Assembly: GCA_951406725.2 (NCBI GenBank)
Contig: OX597816.1
Span: 140,306,001-140,370,000 of the forward strand
Reading direction: 5' to 3'
Length of the DNA: 64,000 nucleotides
Origin: Octopus vulgaris
Taxonomy: Eukaryota
Under the pieces are notes generated by a model, which saw only the letters and a list, made by a program, of their open reading frames with translations, had not been told where the DNA came from and did not search any database. The translations under genes were made by a program, and so were the position numbers. Below, piece after piece: positions 11,288-21,795 of this stretch; the first letter of the stretch is position 1; each line of letters opens with the position of its first letter.

Positions 11288-14046
11288 ATTGATTGATTGA
11301 TTGATTCTAGTTTCAGCTTATGAGCTGTGGCCATGCTGGGGCACCGCCATTTGGTGTTGCTACTTCGTTTCACTTCATGAAGGCATTCTAGCAACTGCTA
11401 TTTGGTGCATGATAGAGTTCGATGCAGCTGCCCTCATCTGCCCCTCCTGCCGTGAAGTTGGTTCATCTGGGACACCTGACAGGAAGAGATCCAGCTTCAT
11501 TTTAAAGACCTCTGTATCCACCCCATGCAGGTCTCTCAGGTTCTTCGGGAGGATATTGAAGAGCTGTGGGCCTCGGAAGCCCAGGCTATCACAGAATCTT
11601 GTCCTACATCTTGATGGCAAGCTTGGAGTCCTAGGCACCACGCAGTGGCGCCCAGTTCTGGCATTTGCGTAACTCTCGATGCCAAAGTTCAGGACACTTC
11701 CCTCTAGGATCTTCCAGATGTATATTATGGCATATCTTTCCCGCCTACGTTCCAGGGAATATAATTTTAATCTCTTGAGTCTTTCCCAGTAGCTTACATT
11801 CTGCATAGAAGCTATCTTCTTCGTGTAGCTACGTTGGATCGCCTCGAGCTCTGTGATCAACTTGACACTGGATGGTGACCATAACTGAGAGCAGTAGTCA
11901 AAGTGGCTTAGGACAAGTGTCCTCCAGAGGACCATCATGGTTTCTTGTTCTCTTGTTCTAAAGGTTCTGAGGATCCATCCGGCCAGTCGTCTACATTTCA
12001 TTGCCAATTTAGCAACATGTACACGAAAGGTTGCGTCATCACTCATGTAAATACCTAGGTCACGCACTGATTGTGCCTCTGGGAGTGCTATTCCTCCGGG
12101 TCCAGTGTATTCATTGGGTATTGCATTTAGTTTTGCATGCTGATAGTATAGAGCTTGAAACTTTTCAGCATTAAACTGCATGCTATTCTTTTCGGCCCAC
12201 TTGTATATTTTGTCTAGCTCACATTGCAGGTGTTTAGTGTCCTCAGGGTTCTGTATTGCCTGTGAAACTTTTGTATCATCTGCATAACTTGTGATCGTGG
12301 CTCTCTGCGTGGCTGAGGGCATGTCTGAGAGGGCCATTATGAACAGTAGTGGTCCCAGAACAGTGCACTGCGGAACACCGCTCACTATTTGCGTGTTAAT
12401 GGAAGTGGTCCCATTGGCCACTACCACCTGACTTCTATCTTTCAGAAAGTCATGAAGCCATTCTCCCAGTTTTCCAACTATGTTGAGATCACGCAGTTTG
12501 TGACATATCATTCCATGATCGACTTTATCAAAGGCATTTGCAAAGTCGAGATATATCACTTCCACATTTGAGTGGTTGAGCAGCCGTTTCAGCACCCAGT
12601 CATAGTGTTGTAGGAGCTGAGTTAAACAGCTTCTCCCTGGTCGGAAACCATGTTGGGTGTCGGGCAGCAAGTCATTCTCTTCAAGGAAGGTGATCAGCTT
12701 CCTTCTGACTATTCGTTCCATGACCTTGCTGATGTGTGAGGTCAGAGAGATAGGTCTATAGTTCTTGGCTTCCGCTCTGCTACCTCCTTTATGAATGGGG
12801 CATATTTTACCTTCCTTCAGTTTTCTTGGAAGTTTGCCAGCCGCAAGGAAGCTCTGAAAGAGGAACTGCAGTGGTCTTGCTAGGACTCTCTTACATGCTT
12901 TTAGGAGGATTGCCGGGAATCCATCGGGGCCAGTAGCTGAGTCTGTTTTCATTTCATCTATAGCCTTGATTACATCGTCTTCCTTTATTTCGATGTAATC
13001 TATCGTCGCCGCCTCTGATTTTATATCTGCAGTGGTAAAAAAGTCAGTTGGATCGGTGATTTGGAGATGCCCAAGGGGTGGAGTGAAAACACTCTTGAAT
13101 TGCTCATTCAGTATTTCACTTACCCTCATTGGTTTTCCTGTAAGTGTGCCATCCTTTTCGAGGAGTGGCCCTATTCTACAGTGCACCGTAGCTGTTTCTT
13201 TGGCATACCTGTAGAAAGCTCTGGGGTTAGATTTTATGTTGTCTATAGCCCAGGCTTCTTTGTCTGCTCTTTCCTTTTCATGGGAGAGTTGCAGACATTT
13301 TTCGATTTCCAACAGTTTTATTTTTAGGCGGGACTTTTCACTGCTTTCAATCTGTTTGTTTAGGCGATTTGAAATTTTTGTACGCCGTCTCATTAAAATT
13401 TTCCTCTCTCTGGGGATTTTGTTCTTGTGTACAGTGGCCTTTCTCTCTGGGACGCATTTGTAGCATATGGCTTGCATTACAGACATGAATTGTTGAAGTT
13501 TCACGTCGATGTCTGGCGAGGAGAGACATTTAGGCCAGTTTTGTTTGAGGATCTCTTTCTCAATTTGTTTCCAGTTTGCCTTATGGTAGTTCAAGCTGGA
13601 AAGATTCTGAGGGTTTCTTGTAGGCTGCATGTCCGTGCTCTCTTTTGGCCCGTACATGGTCAGCTCTATCATGTTGTGATCCGAGAGTAGTGTCGGTGTC
13701 ACTTTCACATTATGGATGAGATCCATGTCATTTGTGAAGCAGAGATCCGGTGTGTTACCTGCCCTGGTTGGTTGGAGTATTACCTGCTCCATGTACAGAG
13801 TGTTGATGAGGTTCAGGAGGGACCTCGCCTGTCCTCGTTCACATCTTGTCATTCCTGGGAGAGAAAGGCCCTCGGGCCATCTGACATTTGGCAGATTGAA
13901 GTCTCCCATAAGAAGTACACTTATGTGTTGTTCTAATGTGGTTAGAACTTCTTCTATTTTTATAAGGCAGTCTTCAAACTTGCCCACATGGCTTGGGGCA
14001 TCTGGAGGGCGATATGTAGCACACACAACTACATCAAGTTGCCTAG
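11288..14046 (-). mobile_element. CR1-clade LINE, 5'-truncated, with short 3' UTR and (AATC)n tail
   Basis: Long ORF2, then 3' UTR stem-loop and aatcaatcaatc tail at 11288-11306; truncated inside the endonuclease domain. Confidence 0.92.
11375..14026 (-). CDS. LINE ORF2: partial APE endonuclease plus reverse transcriptase, 883 aa open frame
   Basis: YRPP, GDFN and SDH (APE); NYRPISLTS, QHGFR, YLDFANAFD, GVPQCTVLGP, YADD (RT). Endonuclease N-terminus is missing and PQG is changed to PQC, so probably inactive. Confidence 0.93.
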   Translation of the reverse strand: MCATYRPPDAPSHVGKFEDCLIKIEEVLTTLEQHISVLLMGDFNLPNVRWPEGLSLPGMTRCERGQARSLLNLINTLYMEQVILQPTRAGNTPDLCFTNDMDLIHNVKVTPTLLSDHNMIELTMYGPKESTDMQPTRNPQNLSSLNYHKANWKQIEKEILKQNWPKCLSSPDIDVKLQQFMSVMQAICYKCVPERKATVHKNKIPRERKILMRRRTKISNRLNKQIESSEKSRLKIKLLEIEKCLQLSHEKERADKEAWAIDNIKSNPRAFYRYAKETATVHCRIGPLLEKDGTLTGKPMRVSEILNEQFKSVFTPPLGHLQITDPTDFFTTADIKSEAATIDYIEIKEDDVIKAIDEMKTDSATGPDGFPAILLKACKRVLARPLQFLFQSFLAAGKLPRKLKEGKICPIHKGGSRAEAKNYRPISLTSHISKVMERIVRRKLITFLEENDLLPDTQHGFRPGRSCLTQLLQHYDWVLKRLLNHSNVEVIYLDFANAFDKVDHGMICHKLRDLNIVGKLGEWLHDFLKDRSQVVVANGTTSINTQIVSGVPQCTVLGPLLFIMALSDMPSATQRATITSYADDTKVSQAIQNPEDTKHLQCELDKIYKWAEKNSMQFNAEKFQALYYQHAKLNAIPNEYTGPGGIALPEAQSVRDLGIYMSDDATFRVHVAKLAMKCRRLAGWILRTFRTREQETMMVLWRTLVLSHFDYCSQLWSPSSVKLITELEAIQRSYTKKIASMQNVSYWERLKRLKLYSLERRRERYAIIYIWKILEGSVLNFGIESYANARTGRHCVVPRTPSLPSRCRTRFCDSLGFRGPQLFNILPKNLRDLHGVDTEVFKMKLDLFLSGVPDEPTSRQEGQMRAAASNSIMHQIAVARMPS

Positions 14047-14293
14047 CCCTTTTTTTTTAAAGCCTAGCCAGGCTCATGGGCCCGGTTTCCTGGTTTCTAT
14101 GGCGTATGTGCTCCCCAGCTGAATGGGACGCCAGTCCATCGCAGCGTTACTCGTTTTTGCCAGCTGAGTGGACAGGAGCAACGTGAAATGAAGTGTTTTG
14201 CTCAAGAACACAACGCGCCGCCCAGTCTAGGAATCGAAACCACAATCTTTCGATCACGATGCTGACACCCTAACCACTAAGCCACGCGCCTCC
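14047..14293 (-). mobile_element. Full-length tRNA-derived SINE with V-SINE-like core, fused to the LINE 5' end
   Basis: Head ggaggcgcgtggcttagtggttagg (A box) ... ggtttcgattcc (B box); core ttgtgttcttgagcaaaacactt and tgcgatggactggcgtccc; A-rich end abuts the LINE. Confidence 0.85.
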
Positions 14294-14397
14294 ATGTCAT
14301 TGTAAGGAAAAAAAATTGTTAATATTCTTCAGACATATTGACGCAAATATATATATTTTTTAACCTTTAAGCCTGCTGTAGTTTTTTCACTTTTTAC

Positions 14398-14469
<72 letters not shown>

Positions 14470-14561
14470 ACTTGTTTCAGTCTTTTGACTGCGGCCATAC
14501 TTATAACAGAACCAATTTTACATTAATCAGATTGGTTACACAATACTTTTGTGGAGCATAA

Positions 14562-14688
14562 ATTTATTATTCTTAAACAAAAATATTATTGACAGTGACT
14601 TCGAAATTTCGGTCATCGTCGAAGATGGCTTAGCTGCCCGAAACTTCGAAGACTCTACCAATAATATTTTTGTTTAAGAATAATAAAT
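14562..14688. repeat. ~127-bp imperfect hairpin (second copy ~32761-32887)
   Basis: atttattattcttaaacaaaaatattattg pairs with caataatatttttgtttaagaataataaat; inner arms cttcgaaatttcgg / ccgaaacttcgaag. Confidence 0.85.
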
Positions 14689-14918
14689 GTATATATATTA
14701 TATACATATACAGTCTCCGGACTACCTCCTCCTTTCTCTTTTCCCTCCTCTCTAGAATTCTCCCTTTATCCGACGATGAGCCATGCTCGAAACATCGTTT
14801 CTACTCCTATTTTTCATCTAAAACTTTAAATCTAATATATTCACAATGTACGTTTAATTGAGTCTTGTTGGTTCTTCCTGTATTTTTATCATTTATTCGC
14901 CTATACATACATACATAC

Positions 14919-14963
<45 letters not shown>

Positions 14964-15942
14964 AACATATTCATATACATGCCACTTCATTTCTGCATGA
15001 TGTGTGTGGATGCGTATGGTGGGATTTGCATACATACTGAATGTTATGTTGTAAACAGCAAACAGTTATTTTTGAAAGTGTGTTCGACAAAATCGGAGTA
15101 AGAGCAATGGGACTACCTAATCGAAATCTACTGATCTAAGATATGACCAACCAGTTGAACCCAGAGATGGACATTTCGATTAGAAGTTCGCTCACTAGAC
15201 ACATACATTAGAAAAACTGATATCAAGAACAATAACATCGCTTTCACTAAATTCCTTCGAGCATGTACCCACATGTTAATAATACAGGAGAGTAGATCAC
15301 CAATAGATTTGGCTTTATGAAAATCATACTGGTGGTCATTGAAGGGAGACACAAATTGAAAGTATTAAAAGACGATGTTTTTTTTGTTGTTTTTTTTTAC
15401 TTCAGTCAGATGAGTGTTTTGCTAAAGTAAAAGTTAAACTCAAAATACTATTAGAATAGAGTTCTGAGCTCAAAATTCAAGCTTTGTATCCAATGTTATA
15501 CATAAAATAAGCTCATTTTGAATATTAATGTTTTCCTCAGAAAACCCCGAAATAATGTGTTTTTTGTTAACTAACAAGTTATGCAAGTCGACATGAATTT
15601 TACTTATTGTACAGTATTTCACAAAAGATATGTTACAACGCACATTATATAACAAGGTGAAACTTCCGTGATCGACAACATATGCACATGTGTAAATGCA
15701 GCACGTGTTCTGTCAAGTGATAATAACAATCACAGAAAAGAATTTTCGAAAATTAATTCAAGAGGAATAAACAAAGAGATATAATGTAAAAAAATCGTAG
15801 GATTGGCCGCCTGGGTGGAGAAAAAACAGAAAATGTATATAATTAGACAGTTGCCTATAATTAGATACTGCATATAACAATAGTTGTTGAATAAATTAAA
15901 TCGATGTGCAATATATTCCCACCTTACGTTTCAAAAAATTTC

Positions 15943-16018
15943 TATATATACTGAGCTAACTCGATCACATACCACTCTCAGGTTAACTTATCCTGGAAGC
16001 ACACAGAAACAAGTGAAG
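15943..16018 (+). promoter_or_regulatory. Putative TATA-like box and non-coding first exon of tyrosinase copy 1
   Basis: tatatata at 15943-15950 and a perfect donor AAG|GTAAGT at 16018/16019. The ATG exon begins at an acceptor (ttttcag|AAATG), so an upstream exon is required. Confidence 0.5.
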
Positions 16019-16189
16019 GTAAGTGACTTACACTGTTATGACATTTCGATACAGCAGTAATACTTAAGGTGTAATTCAGGCATGGGCAACCTATTTCCAG
16101 AAGCAGACTGCATGAGATGGCTCATTTTCAGGCGGGCTGCACAATCAAAAATTCCAAGGTAATTTTTCGTTAAAAATCAGCGCCGAGAA

Positions 16190-16257
<68 letters not shown>

Positions 16258-17971
16258 GAAGATAATGTTACCAGAGTCTTATGAGACAATGTTTACCAAG
16301 ACTAACCAACATTTTCATTGAGAAGAACAGGCGTATAGTTATTACAGTAAACGTAATATTAATTTTCATCTCTTCAAAAGCTGCGTGGTATCTTCTTCGC
16401 CAAATTTATGGTGAAATATTTAAAATTTAATTAAATTAAACAGAAGTAATCAAATCATACGAAACTGGCGGTATATCCAACTGAATTAATTATTCTTTTA
16501 TGTTTCTTTAATCAGCCCACTTTAATTTCTTTCATGTTTATGTGTTTAAACTTCAGGTTAATCGACTTAAAAGATAAACAATAAATGAATACATATACAT
16601 TTATAGCATATAAAGTACAATATATATTGGTATCATTTCTCAAAATTTCCAACAGATTTCTCTTTGCATTGCCGCAAAGTTAGAAAAGGCTTTTTCAAAA
16701 AGATTATTGTCCACAACTCGAAAAATTTCTCTCCTACCGACAGATATTCATTTTATTTTCAAAAGTATGTCCTGATAAATGTTTCTACGTTAATGAATCA
16801 AGCAAAAATCATTTGGAACGACATCTCGCTCATATGACGAACACGAGAGCGAAGCAAAGCCAGAAAATTCAATTTTCGTATATGTATTGCCGAAATAGAG
16901 ACAGCAGCTGTTTCTGTTTCAATAATTCTTCTGTACACAATCATTAAAATAGCAAAGTGGAATGTTTCGAAATTTTGGACATTTTCCATACCTCACTGGA
17001 GTAGTCTGATTAGTTTATATTTTCATGGGAGATTATACTTTTAATGTATAGTCCATATTTGGCTGTATGCATATGCTTATGTGGTGGCCAGATGGCAGTC
17101 GTAAGAAAGTCGGATAATTTGACTGGCAGTATTCGTTCTGGATTCCTGCGCGATGAGTTCAAATACCAACGGTGTCAACTTTGTCTTTCACCATTTCTTT
17201 GTCGATGAACAAGGTCCCAGTCCCGTACTGATTTTGAATCTTCACTTTCTCTCTTTCTCTCTATTTCCCAATTTCTCTTTCTGGAAGAAAGCAGCTATTG
17301 TCAGACTCGGAGGTAGATAGGCCCCGCCAGGTCTAAAAGTGCCCACGACAAGCTCTATGTCACATTGTCGCTCCAAAGATTCAATTAGAAGTTGATGGGC
17401 CTACGGCACGGAATGGCGTATGCTTGTGTATCTTATTCTTATGGAATTCAAATAAGATGTCTGTCTATCTATGAATTTGAGATCTTGCAATAAAATGAAA
17501 GTAAACTGAATATTTACAAAGTTCTGGATCATTTAAAGAAAATTCTAAACTTCGCAGTAGAAACCAAAGTTTCTTCTTGAAATTCAGTTGTTTTGGATCT
17601 GGGACAGTGATGTACATATTTTGAAATTTCAAGAAATAATTTCTTCTGCGAAACATCCATTCTTCATGTCCACAATATGTCGCTAGACAAGGCATTTTAA
17701 TTAAACCAGCCCACTTCACTCATTAGTAAGCAGGTTGAGCTGGTATTATAATTCATAATTTATTGATGAAGTTAGTAATTCTTTGGTTAGCAGTGCCCAG
17801 CGTCTTAAAGCAGAAACTGCAAAGAAACACTCCTATTGATCTACAGGATTTGGAAAAAGATCAGTTGAATTAGTAGAGCTCCTACATTGCTAATTTCATT
17901 TTTTTTAAGTACCGATTTTTGAAAATTATCAGTTAATAATGTTTTCTCTTCGTTTTATTTGATTTTCAGAA

Positions 17972-18307
17972 ATGAATCGTCTGTACTTTGCATTCATTGT
18001 ACTGCTCAATATTGTCTATGCGAGTCCGCAGTCAGGAAGATTTGTTCAGGATTGTTATAATAAACTGTGCGATTCTAACAACCAGCAGCCTAAACAAAGT
18101 ATCCACCGATTGCAGTATTGCGTTTATAAATTGCAACTCACTAAGCCATGTTTTAAATGGCCAACAACGAATAAATATTCTGAAAGACCGCCTCCGTCAA
18201 GCTGGAGAACTCCTCAAGCGCAAAGAATAAGGAAGGAATATAGGTTGCTCAGTGAACGTGAAAGATATGATTTCCATCGTAGTGTTTATCTTTTAAAACG
18301 AGATACG
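17972..18307 (+). CDS. tyr: Tyrosinase-like protein copy 1, coding exon 1 (signal peptide to RIRKEYR...KRDT)
   Basis: Hydrophobic N-terminus MNRLYFAFIVLLNIVYA; RIRKEYRLLSERER motif that opens tyrosinase domains; donor acg|gtaaga, phase 0. Confidence 0.92.
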
Positions 18308-18349
18308 GTAAGAATATTTTGTTGCATATTTTGTTGTGTGTGACTGTGT

Positions 18350-18426
<77 letters not shown>

Positions 18427-18656
18427 CGCGTGTGTGTGTGTGTGCGTGTGTGTGTGTGTGTTTCACCTTCATATTTTTCACATTAACTTCATGTCTTAGA
18501 AAGAGAACTCTGAAGTAAATATATCGTATTAAAGCGGAGTTTTTATATGTGACTATAGCATTATGACTCCTTTTACTCCAACAATCATAGCTAACAGAGA
18601 TGAGCTTCTTCCAGCGAAACAGATATACATCTATGCCAATGATTTACACCCACCCA

Positions 18657-18702
<46 letters not shown>

Positions 18703-18791
18703 TGCATATATATATATATATATACATATATATACCACACAGACACACAGATACAGAGACACGGAGACACACACACACACACATACAGATA

Positions 18792-18872
<81 letters not shown>

Positions 18873-18958
18873 ATGGTTGTTTAATATATATATATTCATA
18901 TACTGTATCCCCATACCAAAGATGACATTGTTGAAGAATCGTCAACCATAACTTGATC

Positions 18959-19027
<69 letters not shown>

Positions 19028-19198
19028 CTTTAAAAAGAATCAGTGTCCTGGTCAAAGAAAAAGTGAAATATATTTGATGTGAAGGGAAAATATCAAAATC
19101 AAAGTAACTACAAAAATACATCATATATACTTTCGAATAAACCTCAATGAACGTTAGTTGCGCCCCAATCATTATTTTTCTTATTGTTTCACTTACAG

Positions 19199-19311
19199 AG
19201 ACTGTCACCAAATGTATACGATGCCACCGCCTTCCTGCACATTGGTGATACTGCAAGAAATGCCCACGGTGGACCTTCATTTCTTCTCTGGCACAGAATC
19301 TATTTGAAAAT
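19199..19311 (+). CDS. tyr: Tyrosinase-like protein copy 1, coding exon 2 (CuA site)
   Basis: Not in the ORF track. ttacag| then RLSPNVYDATAFLHIGDTARNAHGGPSFLLWHRIYLK(M), then |gtaagc. Three CuA histidines; phases 0 and 2 fit both neighbours. Confidence 0.93.
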
Positions 19312-20271
19312 GTAAGCCATGCAATCAAACATTACTTTCCATTTCTTTCTTTGTTTTCTCTCTTTCTTTATTTATTTATTTGTTTTCTTCTTCTTTTGCG
19401 TTTTTTTCTTGCTTTTCTTTTACTTTGCTATATTCTTCCATTCTCTGTCTTGTCCTTGAGTTGTTTTGTTTTACGGATATTTTATTTTATTATTTTCGTA
19501 CACTTAGTTTTCTTTCTTTTCTATTGTATTCTTTACCGATGTTTCCCTTTTTGTCTGAGTTCTCTATCATTAATTTCAACCACGCAAGTCGAAAAGGAAG
19601 CCTCTATGTAATTGTTGGACGTACACGAAATATTACCCAATTCTCCCTCAAAAAAACACCTACTGTTTTATTTTTTATAGAAAACAAAAGATGATAAATT
19701 CGAGCATGTATGATTAGATATAATTTATGAAAATAAAGTGGGATAGCATTGAAAATGCTTTTATTCAAGAAAACCATTCTCTATGTCTAACATTAAGGCA
19801 AAACTCTGTAAAGATTTATTACAGTATGATATGTCATCATTCTTTTGCTCACTGGCTTGGCTACTATAGCCTACCGCAATTCGTTATGTATTACTCCAAA
19901 AACAAATTTCGTAGCCTCCGAATTCACGTAATCCATCCTGGTTTACCAATTTTCCACTCTATTTCCCCAAACTCCGCCACATCTCAATCTTCCTTACAAA
20001 CTACCTATTAATATTTCGCATTTCACCGACGAAGGTATTCTGCCTGAAACGTTAAAATTGCTGCTGATAACAAAATGATTTCTTCTACTTCGCGAAATGT
20101 TTTAGAAATAAATGTTTTTCTATTCTTTAGTTTAAGAGTAATAGATCTGAAAATATTATGCAGTGCTCATCATTTATATTTTGAAGTAAGTAATGGACGG
20201 ATAGGTTGATATCTTGAATAGTTATTTAGATACAAGAATTAGTTATGCCACTTAGCTGTATATATTTAGAA

Positions 20272-21561
20272 CTAGGTGGTATCAAAAAGTTCCAAGATTA
20301 GTTCTGTAGGCGCCAACTGATGGCAGGATGGCAGACCACGGTTGCGTGCACAGTGAGAGCTAGCAGTGACTTTCATGAGGCAGTGTGCCGAGTGACATGA
20401 CTGTGTTTACTTTGCAAGTTGTAGAATTTATTCTTCTGTGATCACGTGTATGCTGTAGTCAGCGATTTTGTCATGGACAGGAAGTTGGAACCAGGAGCCA
20501 ACATGAAATTTTGCGTTAAACTTGGGAAGTCCGCTACAGAGACATTCAGCATGCTTCGGCAACCTTACGGCTACGAGGCAATGGGCCGTACGCAAAGATT
20601 CGAGTGACGCGAGCGCTTCAAAAGCGGGAAAATATCACTGGAAAACGATGAGCGATCTGGAAGACCTGTCACGAACGTCGACCCAGAAATGTGGAGAAAA
20701 TTCATTAGCTTGTGCTTGAGGATCGTCTGAAGACAGTCAACGATATTGCTGATGTTGTTGGCCTGTGGTATGCGTCCGTGCAGGCAATCCTAACATCTGA
20801 ATTGAACATGCAGCGTGTCTCTGCCAAGTCTGTGTACCGTCTGCTGATCACTGCGCAGAAAAGACATCACTTCGAAGTCTGTCAGGATCTCCGCCAGTGC
20901 ACCGCTGATGACCTATCCTTCATGTCAAGGGTCATCACCGGTGACGAGAGTTGGGTCTACGGGTGCATCCCTAAGCAAACGCGGCAGTCGCCGCGATGGA
21001 GCAGCCCTTCATATCCACGACCGAAGGCTCGACAGAGCCGAAGCTCAGTTAAGAACATGCTCATCGTTTTTTTTCTTGTTTTTTTTTTTACATCCGTGCT
21101 ATTGTGCATCGAGAATTCGTCCCACAGGGCCAGACCGTCAATCGAGAGTTTCACTGCGGCGTTTTGAAGCGGTTGAGGGAGAACATTTGACGAAAGCGAC
21201 GGATTTGTGGAGTTCGAAGAACTGGATTTTTCGTCCGAAACAGCGTGGTATCGCTTCCGCACCCGCCCTATTCGCCAGATTTAGCACAAGCAGACTTCCA
21301 TCTTTTCTCCAAAATGAAAAGACAGTCCAAAGGTTGCCGTTTTAACACCGTTGTTGAGATCCAGAGCGGATGGCAGAAGCTCTTCGACTCACTTACGGAA
21401 AACGACTTCCAGGCCGAATTACAAAAGTGATAGGAAAGCTAGGACCGATGTATTTCTGCGCAAGTGACTATTTCGAAGGAGATGATGTTAAAACTTAAGT
21501 AAATAAGTTATTTTTTTATTAAACATAATTAGTCGTCCGTGAACTTTTTGATACTACCTCG
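20272..21561 (+). mobile_element. Full-length (~1.29 kb) degenerate mariner transposon in the tyrosinase intron
   Basis: TIRs ctaggtggtatcaaaaagttc / gaactttttgatactacctcg followed by TA; motifs ITGDESWVYG and HPPYSPDLAQADFHLF; frameshifts and stops. Confidence 0.92.
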
Positions 21562-21795
21562 TAATCTAAGTAAATTCGACTGTTGAGAGCTAGAAATCTC
21601 AGAGTACGAGAATCTCAACCGTTAATCCTTGCTTGCCAAGAGACATCAGTATACTAAAAATTTAATCAAGTCCAGTGTTCGAACATTTTCTAAGAAATAT
21701 AGTTACTCGCTCGATTAAATATTGATCGATAAATGTAAATATGCATTGAAATATATTTTCTACGTATTAAATTGAGTTTACATTTTTTATTTTAG

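Noticed and set aside
12389-14060. Plus-strand ORFs over the first LINE, and minus-strand ORFs at 61427-63740
   Set aside because: Antisense shadows of LINE ORFs with no independent motifs.
14200-14293. tRNA-like sequences here and at 23760, 24096 and 30780
   Set aside because: A and B boxes continue into SINE bodies and I could not fold a full cloverleaf.
18308-18343. ORF-track extension VRIFCCIFCCV of the 123-aa ORF
   Set aside because: Read-through past the gtaaga donor into the intron.
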